Program-made: the position numbers and the translations under genes
In this document: in pieces, positions 33,290-46,672 of the stretch
Numbering within the stretch: position 1 is the stretch's first letter
Layout: every line of letters starts with the position of its first letter
The notes under the pieces: model-generated
Told to the model about the DNA's origin: nothing
Seen by the model: the letters and a program-made list of their open reading frames with translations, nothing else
The model's database searches: none
Assembly: GCF_009914755.1 (NCBI RefSeq)
Contig: NC_060928.1
Source: the human T2T-CHM13v2.0 reference genome, Homo sapiens
DNA: 64,000 nt
Strand: one strand, 5' to 3'

Positions 33290-34080
33290 TGAACTCAGAT
33301 TGACTCCTTTTCATGGTAAGTCACCCTATCTGAAAAGAGTTTCCACCATATTCTGATTGGTCTTGTTTTCTGGAGAAACTTACAAGAGAAATATTAGTGG
33401 AATGAACTATAGCCTCCGCTGCTGCAGTTGTTCTTTAGGCCATAACTGTTCCTTAGCATCCTCCTTTCCACTGCCAATTCAAATTGCCTTCATCCTTGTC
33501 TATGACATTTAACTCATCCTAATTCTAATGGCAAACACACAATCCTCTGCTTTCCAAAGAATACAAGCATGAAACAAACATTTTATCTTCCAGCTTCTGA
33601 AACTTAAAATCACATTTCTCCTCCTTATTCCCCTTGCGATTTCCATTGAGATATTAGGAGAATAAGCTAGACAGATTGTCTGGTAGCATGACCTAGACCT
33701 TCAATCTATTGGTCTGAATCTCTAACTACCATGCTTTTCTCCAGTTTTGGCTGAGGAGCATGGGATTGACAAGAGATGTCCAAATGTATCACCTAGATAC
33801 AAAACATATTCTTCCCTTCCCAAGTTGTCTAGCAGTAGCCCTACCTCTTGCTAATGATCAGGGTCAAATATTTACCCCTGCCAACTTGCTGACTCCATTC
33901 TTGCCTACTGCTGCCTTACCACAAGAACCCTGGAGTAATCAAAGGGTCTACTAAGCATTGCAGTTTTCTTTATGGGTAGAAAAGACACAATGATTTGGCC
34001 TTTATTTTGGAGTGAATGTCGCAGCATGCCCCAGTGTGTAATATTCCCAAAAACGTCACTGATGTTGTATGTACTTGAAT
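33290..34080 (-). mobile_element. ERVL-class (HERV16/ERVL-like) internal 3' remnant, interrupted at about 33505-33668
   Basis: Minus strand reads ggcaagaatggagtcagcaagttggcaggggtaaatatttgaccctgatcat...gggctactgctagacaa...gaagaatatgttttg...ggtctaggtcatgctaccag, then cagttatggcctaaagaacaactgcagcagcggaggct. This resembles the ERVL dUTPase-like and terminal internal region. Confidence 0.6.
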
Positions 34081-35189
34081 CTTCACAGTGCTCCTCTGTT
34101 TTCTTCTATCTCACCAAGTCTTCAAAAAAAACTGCCACTTCTTATTAATTTGATACAATTATATCATGGATATAGTAGATGAATAAGGTGTTCTCTGAAA
34201 TATCCAGACAATACAGATCTTTGGACTATATTACAACAAAGATTGGGAGAGTTAACATGGCCCTGGGGAAAGCTTGGAAATATATGCTGTTGTCCATGAA
34301 TGCAAACGATCTCTGATCATCCTTCTTGTTTATGATCTTGAGAAAGTAATGTACTTTAGTTTTATCTTCTATAAAATAAGAACTTAAAATAGTACCATTT
34401 CCTGATTTGCTGTACATATTAACAAAATTTCATTGATATAAAATAGGAGGTAATTTTTTCCTCTTTATGCAGGAATTTGTTGTGTGATATAAAATGTCTA
34501 GCAGGGCTTCTGATAAAGAGTAAGCACCCCAATATTAACTTTGAAAATTAGATAATACCAAACATTGTCAATGTTCTTTATTGTCTTATTTATAAACATG
34601 TTTGTTTTTTTAATTTCCAAACAAATTGAAGAGATTGGTGTCAGTCCAAAGAGAGGCTTTCTCTCTGTTTGAAGTAATCAAAACAAAGGGCTCTGAACAG
34701 AAGGGAGCTATGCCTCTTAACAGTCAAAAAGCCTGAGAGGATATTCAATGAACACTCATACCCACTCTTTCCATCCAGTAGGCCATCTTAACTCTGGAAC
34801 TTTTTGAAGGAACACTTTTCAAAAGCACAAATCATTACTCATATATTTCACACTCAGAGTTTACTGACAGTTTAGGTGCCCAATAGAGTTATATGATCTG
34901 CCTCAATTTTGAAATGATGAGGTTTAAGAATTTTATCATAATCTTCCAACATCATTTCTCTACTAAATACATTTGACAAGTCAAGGCCCTACTTAATACA
35001 TTACAAAGACCATAGAAATTAAGTGATCACCTTCTAATACAAATGCAGAGCATTCAGTCTTTCTCACATATTGTAACTGCTAACATGGAGTCATCTGTTA
35101 ATGTCACGTCCTCCAGAAGAACATTTAAAAATTTACAAAAACTTGTCCAGTCCTTGTTCAGAAAAGGATATTATCTAAATGGAAAGTAA

Positions 35190-35395
35190 TATCATGAGTG
35201 TTTGGTTACGTCTCAACTCCACCAGTTAGATACGAGGTCTTGAGAAAGTTAATCACTACTGTCTTTAGTTTCTGCAAATGTAAAGTGAAAGGATATTTAT
35301 AGAGTTGCTTTCATTGAATAAAAAACTTATGTAAAGTTACAAACAATACCAAATCTATGGTAACTATGATCATAAATATTAGCTATCATTATGAC
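35190..35395 (+). mobile_element. MIR SINE (degenerate)
   Basis: ggtcttgagaaagttaatcactactgtctttagtttctgcaaatgtaaagtg. Confidence 0.5.
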
Positions 35396-36914
35396 AGTAT
35401 AGACTGTTAAAGTTCTATTTTCATTTCTACCATTATAAACTACCTGGATTTTGTGTCTTTCCCATATTTAAATGATGGTTTGTTGAAGATCTGTTCTCCT
35501 TATTAGTTTATATAACTTAACACAACAAATTCCTACATAAGGAAGAAAAAATTTTAACTCCTATTTTATAAATTGAGACAAACATGATACACCATTTTTC
35601 AAACACCATTAAAAAAAGAAAACAGCTAATCATTTCAATTTACACAGGAAACCGCACACTCTGTTCATAAAGAATTTTCCCTCCCTGTGTTTCTCAGCAT
35701 AGAAACTACGACAACCAAACTACACATTGGCAGTGGTAAAAAAAAATCTCCCTCATTCTGTTAGGCTTTGGTGTTTGATTCTTGTTTACATTTTTCAAAC
35801 AATAGGTCTATAGGTCCTCTGGAGTATTTACCCATCTTTCCTGGGACTAAGTTTGGCCTGCCCTGTCTTTATATCACAAGTGCTCCAGTGGGAGGTAAGC
35901 AACACTAATTCATGTTAATATTAATGACAAACAGACCATCCTCTGCTTTCCAAAGAGTGAACACATGGGACAAACATTCCCTCCTCCTGCCTTTAAAACT
36001 CAGAACGAAATCTCATTTTTCCTCCATTTTCCCGTGGCCATCCCATTGAGATGCTGTTAGGTGAATTGAGCACATTTGTGGAAACTCTAAAGCTGGTTAA
36101 GAAATATTTTAACTTCTTTTGTAGCATTCTTGATCTTGGAAGGCTTATCTAAAGCTGATGCATACCCAGGAAAAAAAACCCATTGTATTTTCTCTTCATG
36201 CAAAACAAAAGCAAGCTCTTTAATCTCCTGCCTAGTTCCTATGAAACCAAGCCAAGAAAATACTCCAGTCAGTAAAAATTAGTGTGTGAAGGTAGTGTAC
36301 AGAAAAAAAATAACCTTGTTTCCAATTATACTTTTCAAGGTCTGATCGACAATTAGTGGAAAAGTCAGAATTTCTTTATAGGAACTTTTAACTAAAAGGT
36401 AAGTTAAATTTTTAATAGATCTGAAAAATTTTTGGAGCAAAAATCATTGCCGGGTGAGGACATTTTACTAAAATTCTTGAAGAATTTTTCAACTGTGGAA
36501 ATACTGTGTTCAAAAATAAAGTTTTACTGGATCTATTAAAAATAATAAAACCAAAGTAAAACATGGATGCAACATATTCATGATAAGGATACACACAGTA
36601 GCATAACAAGGAAGGACTCGCTTCATTATAAGCATCCTTTCTTTGATAAATTTCTTTGTATGATTTCCTAGAACCAGTCATATGCATGGTAGATGAATGC
36701 CAGAATTAATTTAAAATATAATTGCAGGTCCATTCTTACAAAAGGAGTAAATATACCTAAATATATATGAAGATTGAATCATCCTAGGATTTTTCATATT
36801 AGACCAATATTTGGTCTTATTTATATCCAGCCAATTTTTGAATATATATATATATATCTTAATAGGTATTTCTCAAATAAATTATCTTATTTAACCTAAA
36901 TGCTATTGAAAGGC

Positions 36915-37175
36915 TGTGTTTAAAAGCATGATATCAAGAACCAGATGGCCTGATTTCATCATCTCAGGCCTCTTAATTGCTCATTGTATGACCTTGAACA
37001 CACAAGCTATTTATCCTCACTATGCCTCAGTTTTCTCATCTGAAAAATTGGAATAATAGTAATGGGAATAATAATAACAATAAACTACTTTGTAAGATGT
37101 GATTATTAAATGTTAAATTATAAGGTATACATGTAAATTCTCAGTGTAGGGTTCAGAAAATATTAACTATTATTA
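36915..37175 (+). mobile_element. MIR SINE
   Basis: tgtatgaccttgaac...tatgcctcagttttctcatctgaaaaattggaataatagta. Confidence 0.75.
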
Positions 37176-38838
37176 CACATGAGGTGAATATTATTTTTGA
37201 ACTATTATACAAAAGAATTAAAGCTTAATCATTAAGTTACAAAAATTTCTCAGGTATCTATAAAGAAATAAGCATTTTTATTTTCTCCAGTTCAGAGGAA
37301 TGAGTGTCAGATGGTAGCAAACTGACCCAATTTGGTAGTTTACAATTATTGGGTTATTCTGAGTACATATTGTTAGCTTTGGCAGGTATTCTTAACTGCA
37401 ACCTTGCTGTTGAGTAGAATAATGCTGTAAGTAAATGTTCAAACCACATCCGGCCACACACATAAACGTTTAACAGTTAAAATGCCACAAAAATACTAAT
37501 ACAAACAGTTCTATAAGCTCGATGAACTACTAGCTCTCTATATTTTAGGTATTCAACAGCATCCTGCATAAAAGGTTAATAGAAGACAGAAGAAGCAAAC
37601 TGTAGGGGCAGAATTCAGCTATCCCAGTAGGAGTCAGGGAAAAAAAAAGCCCTAAGATAAACACACTCATACCAGATGGGTCTGGAATCCTAAACCGAGG
37701 AATTAGTCTCAAGAAATGCAGGCTATCAAGTTCACTAAATTCTGAAATCCTGTGCATGCAGGAGCCCCAGATCAATATATCTAGCCAATCCCAGATCCAC
37801 ACCTTGAACATAACTAATTTTGCCAATGCAAGAAACATTTCTACATCCAATGCGCTAATTACCATGCCATCTGGCGTTGATCTGAGATGAAGAGAACTGA
37901 ACGCTTGCTTGGATTAGACACCTCCAAAGTGTAGGATTTTGATTAGCGTCTTTCAAGTGCTAGCCAACCACCCCTCCCCTCCAGCATGTGCATTCCATAT
38001 TTGGTTATTGTGAGTTTTAAGTAACCACACCCCACCCCCACTCCACAAATTAAAACTGAGCGCACACATACACGCACGACCCTGCCTAGGCTGAAGTATT
38101 TTAAATTACATGCACTGCCATTAAAAGACAGAGAAGGAAGAACAGATCATACATTTTGGTAATACCACAATATCCAATAGACTTTGATACTAAAATATGA
38201 TAGAATTATTTTTTGAACCTTGACTAAAATTAGTATTAGGCACAGGGATATTGCCTGACTAGAAGTCGGGAATTTGAAGATCTGTGCCCATATAAACTGA
38301 AACTCTTAAGTAAACTCATAAGATGTCAGTTTTGAAAAATTTCTAAGGAATGAAAGAATAATATGTTTTATAGTATGTAATTTAAAATACTCATTTAGAC
38401 CTATAGTCTCTGACACCTTTTTCTACCTTCTCCTAAAGCATAGGAAGTGATGGAGCATACAGAAGCTAGAGAAAGAGTAGCCCCAACTAAAAGTACTGAA
38501 AATTAAAATTATTGAAAAACACTACTCATATTTTGTTCCCAAAACCCCATCACCTGTAAGCCAACTATGATCTCTCATTCAAAGTGTCCTTATAAGCGTG
38601 AATGAAGTCAGTTCAATGGGGAGTCTTCCTCTTATCTTCTCTTGCAACTTTTCGTTTTTTTGGTTTCTCTGACTCCACTCTTTCATGAATATCTACTGTC
38701 TCTTCTATGGTTATCCTTCTCAGTCTACTTTTGGAGCTCTGTTTTTTTTTAATTCACCTTAAATATTCATGTCACCCATTCTTTGTCCTCAGTTCAAGTC
38801 ATTTTCATGCAAGTATATTATATATTTTACCTCTGACC

Positions 38839-39057
38839 CAGTAGTTCTCAACTGGGATCAATTTTGCCCTTTAGGGTATATTAGTCAATGTCTGGAGACA
38901 CTTTTGGTTGTCACAACTGTGGAAGAGGTACTACTGGCATTCAGTAGGTAAAGGTCAGGGATGTTGCTAAATATCTTACAGGGCATAGAACAGCCCCCAC
39001 AATAGCTTCTGAATTATTTGGCCCAAGTGTCACCAGTGCTGAATTCGAAAAATCCTG
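38839..39057 (+). mobile_element. MER20 (hAT-Charlie MITE)
   Basis: cagtagttctcaactggg...caatgtctggagacacttttggttgtcacaactg...gggatgttgctaaatatcttaca...aaaatcctg. Confidence 0.88.
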
Positions 39058-39079
39058 TTTAACCCATAGCAACCTTGTA

Positions 39080-39240
39080 TCATGAAATAGTATTTACCCC
39101 ATGTTACAAACAAGAAAATAAGACCTGCAGAACTCAGTACCCAAGATCACCTAGTTAATCAGTGGTGAGACCAGAATTTAAACCCATGTCTAATGCCTAA
39201 GGGCATGGAACCTTTAAATTCATGTACTTTCCAATATGGC
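39080..39240 (-). mobile_element. MIR fragment
   Basis: cccaagatcacctagttaatcagtggtgagaccagaatttaaaccc. Confidence 0.6.
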
Positions 39241-39379
39241 ATGATGTCTCTACCCAAATATTTTATAACTATAATTTTTTAGCTATACAGATACCTAAAT
39301 TGTATATGATTTTATTATGTATTGTAGAATTATACCCTCCAAAATAAAATATAGAAAAGTTGAAAGTAATATAAAGTAA

Positions 39380-39687
<308 letters not shown>

Positions 39688-40579
39688 AGTTCTTTACAGA
39701 TGACTATCATAAATATGTGGCCTCTATTATTTTCTTTTAAACTTTGTTTGGAGATGATATTGTGGTTCTGTATTTCTAGTTAGTTTTATTTATTTCTCAT
39801 TTACCTAATTCAGCAATAAATTTGTTAATCTACTCAGATTAAGGTTATTTAAATATATATACATTTACTTGCATTATCTTTAATTCTCAAAACAATTACT
39901 TAAGGTATTATTTCTCCCAGATCACAAATAATAAAACAATTTTTGTTCCAGTGAACTTTATTAGTCTATTGAAAATATTGGGGAGCAAAATATTAAAACT
40001 ACTTCTCTAGATCTTACTGTATCACTAATTGTCCAAGAAGTTTCAAAACAAAAACTCAAATAATACAGATCTATTTTTTAAAAATGAGAATCTATCATTC
40101 TTTGATAGTCATGCCTGTGCAAGGATTTTTTTTTTTATCATGAACAACTGTAAGCTTCCGATTTGCAGTTTTAGTTCGACTAAATTTCAGAGATTATTCA
40201 ATGGCAAACCACTGATTACCCTGTGACGTTATGTGTACAATGTGCCCTATAAATGAGTACAATTTCTGTAATTAAGGTTAACAGTACTCTTGCTGTAATC
40301 AGTACCACTTTTGAGTCCCAACATTCACTATTTGCTTAATATACTTTCCTGTTCATAGCTTATAATTTTTCCATTAAAGAAAATAATAAAATAAACTCAT
40401 GTTTAATAAACACAATATATATGAAACTTCCTGGAATACATGTACTCATTATAAGCTGAGAAAAACTAGAAATTACATAACATTGCCTTCTATGTTTAGA
40501 TGCTTTTTCTTAGAAAAGTATTTCTCAGTATTTAACTCTAGTTAGTTGCATAATTAGAAAAATAAATAGAATCATGTGC

Positions 40580-41647
40580 TACTGGGGAACCTGCCCCCGA
40601 TAGTCACGTAGGTTCTTTTCTATTTTCCCTAAGCATCGGCCTGTTTGAGAAATAAAGGGACAGAGTACAAAAGACAGAAATTTTAAAGCTGGGCATCCGG
40701 GGGAGACATCACATGTCAGTAGGTTCTGTGATGTCCCCCAAGCTGCAAAACCAGTAAGTTTTTATTAGGGATTTTCAAAGGGGAGGGAGTGTACGAATAG
40801 GGTGTGGGTCACAAAGATCACGTACTTCACAAGATAATAGAATATCACAAGGCAAATGGAGGCAGGGTGAGATCACAAGACCACAGGACTGGGGCGAAAT
40901 TAAAATTGCTAATGAAGTTTCAGGCAACATTGTCATTGATAACATCTTATCAGGGGACAGGGTTTGAGAGCAACCGGTCTGACAAAAATTTATTAGGCAG
41001 GAATTTCCTCTTCCTAATAAGCCTGGGAGCGCTATGGGAGACTGGGGTTTATTTCATCCCTACATTTTCGACCATAGAAGATGGCCACACCCAAGGGGGC
41101 CATTTTAGAGACCCACCCTCAGGGGCATATTCTCTTTCTCAGGGATGTTCCTTGCTGAGAAAAATAATTCAGCGATATTTCTCCCATTTGCTTTTGAAAG
41201 AAGAGAAATATGGCTCTGTTCCACCCGGCTCACCAGCGGTCAGAGTTTAAGGTTATCTCTCTTATTCCCTGAACATTGCTGTTATCTTGTTCTTTTTTCA
41301 AGGAGCCCAGATTTCACATTGTTCAAACACACATGCTCTACAATTTGTGCAGTTAACGCAATCATCACAGTGTCCTGAGGTGACATACATCCTCCTCAGC
41401 TGACAGGATTAAGAGATTAAAGTAAAGACAGGCATAGGAAATCATAAGGGTATTGATTGGGGAAGTGATAAGTGTCCATGAAATCTTTACAATTTGTGTT
41501 TAGAGATTACAGTAAAGACAAGCATAAGAAATTATAAAAGTATTAATTTGGGGAACTAATAAATGTCCATGAAATCTTCACAATCCACTTTCTTCTGCCA
41601 TGGCTTCAGCCAGTCCCTCCGTTCGGGGTCCCTGACTTCCCACAACA
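40580..41647 (-). mobile_element. MER11C-like solo LTR (ERVK, HERVK11/HML-8)
   Basis: Minus strand starts tgttgtgggaagtcagggaccccgaacggaggg and ends gggcaggttccccagta; 1068 bp; 6-bp TSD atgtgc at 40574-40579 and 41648-41653. Confidence 0.93.
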
Positions 41648-41747
41648 ATGTGCACATTTACACATACCATTGTGTGCATTATCTCTAAGTGCCCTGATAC
41701 AGAGTGTTTCATTTATCATAAATATAACATGCACATATATAACCAAC

Positions 41748-41748
<1 letters not shown>

Positions 41749-41778
<30 letters not shown>

Positions 41779-41779
41779 T
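41749..41779. repeat. (AT)n(AG)n compound microsatellite
   Basis: Read directly. Confidence 0.9.
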
Positions 41780-43309
41780 ATGTATTACTATATAAGTATG
41801 CAGATGTGTGTGTATTTGTGAGTGTGGGTGTTTTCTGTAATTAATTAAAAAGAATAAATAAAGGCACTACTCAATTAAGAATTGTCTTAAGTGTTTGCTT
41901 TCAAGTGAGATATGAGAATTTTAACTTACGTCAACCATTTCTGAAAAATCTCAAGGATAAAGCTCAAGACAACAATAGGAAGTAAATAGGAAAGAACATA
42001 CAAGAATATCCTAAATTATTGCTCTTTTAAACCTTAAACATTTTTTAAAAATATTTCAGCTTTGAAGGCTGGGATCTTCTTGTTGCATTCATACCTCTCC
42101 TGTGCCATCTAGTGTTTTTAGGTGATTACTATGAATCCAGAGTGTAGAATAACCTGTTAACACTTTACCTGACCATTCAGCTTGTCTGCACATTCGGCCT
42201 CAGGCAAGCAAGCAAGTAACTTAAACTTGGGCTGAAAAAGGGTGGTTTTATTGGGTTATGAAAAACTGCAAATGAATAGGACTTTAATAGCAAAGAAGAA
42301 AGCTTTAAAGTTAAGTTCAGGAACTGTGGCTAACAGATGTTGAGAAAATAACGCATAATGGAGCTATTGAGTCTCATTAGGTTCATCTACAGTATAATAG
42401 AAGTAGAATTTTGATCTGAGGCCGCACAGCTGGATGGGACAAAGTAATAGGAAAAGGATAGAGTGAAATAGAACTATCCTTCCTTATTCATGGTGAAACA
42501 TTTTTGCCTCTCTTGTGGTCTGGCTACTGTACCAGATTGGGTCATAATACCTACTATTAGAAGTGGCTGCCTTGGCTACTTCACTCTCTCAGGGTGAAAT
42601 TCTACTTTTTATTTTCTAAATCCAAACCTTCCATTAAGAACATAGGATCTTTGCATGAAGCCAGGCAGAAATCTTTTCCTGCAAGATCTTGGATTTTAAT
42701 TTTTTCTCTGAAATACTGTTCTACCAGACATAAATTACCCAATATATCAATATATGGAAATATTTGACTCTCAATTTATGCCTGAAATGCCTGATTTGAG
42801 AAACAACTTGAATGATTAAAATCTAATATATTATAGAATTTAATATATTAGATAATATATCCTTATTCAAATAAAAATTAAATAGGATGAATACATAAAA
42901 CTTAGTGAATTTACTTCATCTTGACTCAGTTTAAGATTACACACATAAGTAAGGTTTATTCTGTATGTTTAGGTCTAATTAAAACATACTTAGCCAAAAT
43001 TAATTAATTGTTTCCCCCAAAAAGGTGAATGTCTACTGCTGCTTCTCATTTGCATTTCACTTCAGGCTCTTTTTGTATTTTATTATTACTGGAAAAGATA
43101 GAAAATCTACACATATCTACTGTTGTTCCCTGTTGTTCTGAGACAGTAGTCAAAGTCATGAATAATTATTAGTAGGAGGAAAGAGAAAGTTAGGTATCAC
43201 AATTCAGTGATGCAGTTTGTGGAATAAAACTGGGCTTGCTAGTGATGTTTAAACTCTTTCCAAGCATGAACAGTCAGTCACTGCAATGATGAATTACCAG
43301 TCTGATAAG

Positions 43310-43520
43310 AGCTATCATTCTTAGAGCTTTAAAATGTACCAAGTAAGCACAGCTCTTTCTAAACATTATCTCATCCAGTCCTTATAAGCACCAAGCTAGG
43401 AAACTAAGGCCTAATTTGATAAGTTAATATAACTTGCCCAAGGTCACACTCAGTCATAAATGGCACAGCCCAATTCATTCCTGTCTGACACTAAGGTTCA
43501 CGCTCTGCACCACTCTCTCC
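43310..43520 (-). mobile_element. MIR SINE
   Basis: ggaaactaaggc...taacttgcccaaggtcacac...aaatggcacagcc. Confidence 0.7.
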
Positions 43521-44398
43521 CCAGTAATGGGGACACTGTTAGAAAGTCAAAACCCCTGATTTGCATTTCTTAGGCTGGTGCATCCACAATTTTATAAAGA
43601 AATATATTCACAGAAGAGAAATGCTTGAATTCTATCAGAATTTAAGACCATTCTTTCAAGATGCAAATGAACATCTCACTTTGGTCAGCCCACTGTTCTT
43701 TCTAGTCTGCCATTATCTTGAGATCATTTTTTGTCAACACCCTCTTAATAATAAGCAAAAAATATTGTCAAAATAACAACATCCCAGCTCAAAAAACATC
43801 TCAGCTTTTTAGCAGCACAAACTCTCCCAGCTATCCAGTGAAGTCCAAGACCCACACAGGGTTGAGTTCAAGGAAACTCAATAAACAAAGCTACTCAGAA
43901 TGTAATTCCAAGCACTAAGTATACCCTGTTAAAGGAAATTACAAGCAAATTCCATTTTGGTAGATTGACTCAGATTTAAACTATAAACAAACCTTTTCAG
44001 GCATCACTTGTCTTCACTACTCCGTTAGTTCAATAGCACTCAAGACCAATGTTTGGAATTGTTCTACTTTTTACTCTAAATCCAAAACCAAGTTATTTTG
44101 CTAAAATAAAATATATATTTTTTTATCTTTGGAGGAACAAAGTCTTGTTCTGTTTGGGTCCCCAATATGTCCACTTTGAATTCTGATAAAGATTATTCTT
44201 AAGACCAATGTAAGTATCCAATAAACTTCTACCCCTAGAAATTTCGTTTCCTTTCCTTGTTACTCTCCTTCTATCTGTGATTTTGACCTGCCCCTCCTTT
44301 CCCTACTTCCTCAGCACATAAACCACAGCTGAAGAACTCATACTTCTTGAAGTGTTGGTCACCATAAGCCTTTCACTGTATTCTTCATACAGAGATGC

Positions 44399-44763
44399 TG
44401 CTATGGACTGAATTACGTCCCCACAAAATTCATATTCAAAATGTATACCCCCAATGTGATGGTATTTGGAGATAATGCCTTTGGGAGAAAATTAGGTTTA
44501 GATGAGGTCATGGGGTAGCAACTCTCATGATGGGATTAGTGACCATTTAATAAGAAACACCAGAAAGTATACTGTCCTTCTTTCCCTGTTGTGTGAGGAC
44601 ACAAAAGAAGGCGGCTGTCTGTAAGCCAGGAAAAGAGGCTTCTTCAGAACCCAACCATGCTGTCACCCTGATCTCAGACATCCAGCCTCCAGAACTATGA
44701 AAAAGTAAATTTCTGTTCTTTGAGCCACAGTATTTTGTTGCAGCAGCCTAAGCAGACTGATCA
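44399..44763 (+). mobile_element. MLT1A0-like solo LTR
   Basis: tgctatggactgaat...gcagcctaagcagactgatca; 5-bp TSD gatgc at 44394-44398 and 44764-44768. Confidence 0.9.
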
Positions 44764-44862
44764 GATGCACAATGTGATTTAATGTATTAAATACACCCAC
44801 TGTCTGGTTGTAGGAAGTCACATTATCCACCGATGCATATATTTTTAAAAATTAAGACCTGT

Positions 44863-45150
44863 GGCCAGGCGCGGTGGCTCATGCCTGTAATCCCAGCACT
44901 TTGGGAGGCCGACGTGGGTGGATCACCTGAGGTCAGGAGTTCAAGTACAGCCTAGCCAACATGGTGAAACCCCATCTCTACTAAAATTACAAAAATTAGC
45001 CAGGCATGGTGGCAGGCACCTGTAATCCCAGCTACTTGGGAGGCTGAGGCAAGAGGATCACCTGAACCTAGGAGGCAGAGGTTGCAGTGAGGTGAGATTG
45101 TGCCACTGCACTATAGCCTGGGCAACAAGCAAGACTCTGTTTCAAAAAAA
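44863..45150 (+). mobile_element. AluS (Sx/Sq-like)
   Basis: Alu dimer with A tail; TSD aaaaattaagacct(g/a)t at 44847-44862 and 45151-45166. Confidence 0.95.
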
Positions 45151-45579
45151 AAAAATTAAGACCTATTTTTAAAATTATTATCAGATAAACTCCTGTCCCT
45201 ATCTGGGATCTACTTTAATCCACAATCATTTTGGTAAAGAGGAATGTTTTCCTGCAAACAAGAATGATGGAGAGACTAAAGAAATCACATGAATATCAAT
45301 CCAGCAATGCAATCAAGATAGTTATAGGGAACAGTCAAAATCAAAAACCAAAGCTGCAAGAGAAAAAGGACAATCAAGTAAGTGAAGGGAATTAGTACTT
45401 ACAAAGAAGGTTGTAGTATTTTTCTTCCTTTAACAGTCAACTGAGCTATCATCCAGCCTTCTGAGCAAAAGCCTAATTATGTAAATCTAGACAAGCCACC
45501 AAGAAAGGCCCACTCCTGACCACTTGAGGGCCCCCAATTTTCATCTGAAGATTAAGAGAATACATCACATAATTCTTGA

Positions 45580-45850
45580 CTTGAGTTTCAAAGACTTCTG
45601 TGAGATCTATCCATGGAACTCAGAGGGCTATCAGAGTGCTACGCACCTTTCGAAATCTGAATTAAAACTCTATAGATATATGTACTATTGCTTACCAAAG
45701 TTCATTCTCTGTCCTTCTTTCTCTCTCTCTGTCTCTCTCTCTGTGTGTCTCTGTCTCTTTCTCTCTGTAATTATTCTTTGAAGAGAATCCAGAGCTTACA
45801 TTAGCTTCTGAAAAAAATTCCTTATAAAAAATGTTTAAGAAAAAAAGTAG
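45580..45850 (+). mobile_element. Degenerate hAT-Charlie MITE (MER117-like) containing a (TC)n tract
   Basis: tccatggaactcagaggg...gagaatccagagcttacattagcttctgaaa...aaaatgtttaagaa. Confidence 0.4.
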
Positions 45851-46099
45851 CGAACTAGGAAGTGGTATTACAGCTACATGATTTAAGGGAAAAATAACAA
45901 TAATAGGTGTTATATTGGTGGGAGATGATTATATGAATTAAGTATAGGGTAGGAGGAATATTTTATTGTTAATTTTTGATATTAAAATTTTTCTGAACAA
46001 AGCAAATTTATTACCAACGAAGATTACATTTAAATATGCTTTATTTTTATTGGTATGAATACAACCTATAGAATTTAAAAGAAAATTGTTATTTTACTC

Positions 46100-46530
46100 T
46101 AATGAGTTTTTATATAAACAAATAAGGTAGTCTTTTCCATTCTATTCAAGTTTTCTTTCATATTTATCACTAGGTTTTCAAATCCTTCTTGGCATCGACC
46201 TTAAACATTTCTTATTACATTTATTACTGAACAACTTATTTTTTGGTTTTGTTACAAATTGTAATTTTTCTCATTATATTTTCTAAAGGATTATTATTCG
46301 AATAAACACTATTAATTTCATTATACTAATTTTATACTCAGACCTCTTTCTAAATTCTGTTATTTTTACCAAAATTTTTCATTTGAACTTTTTGGATTTT
46401 TTTTTTCTTTTTCAATTGCATCAGTTTGTACTCTGGAACAGAAAACATCAAATTCTTAAAGTGATAGTGGACTTCCTTGCTTTGTTCACAACCTTAATAA
46501 GGATGTTTCTTAAGTTTCACCAAAAAAATG
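46100..46530 (-). mobile_element. Ancient L1M ORF2 fragment
   Basis: T-rich reverse L1 motifs (tttccattctattcaagtttt, agtgatagtggacttccttgctttgttc, gtttcacca). Confidence 0.65.
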
Positions 46531-46596
46531 TCATTTGAATAAGCTTTTATAGCAAAGAACAAGACTTTGGAGATATATGGCCAGGATACGATAGAT

Positions 46597-46672
46597 CAAG
46601 CATTGACAAACTGTATCCTTAGGCCAAATCCAGCTTGTTGTCTGTTTTATAAATAAAGATGTATTGGAATGC
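46597..46672 (+). mobile_element. MER58A 5' fragment followed by A15
   Basis: caagcattgacaaact...ggccaaatccagc...tgttttataaataaagatgtattggaatgc. Confidence 0.65.

Noticed and set aside
40804-41250. 148-aa ORF
   Set aside because: Lies wholly within the antisense MER11C LTR, starts at GTG and has no recognisable domain.
41420-41590. ~90-bp internal tandem repeat
   Set aside because: Part of the MER11 consensus.
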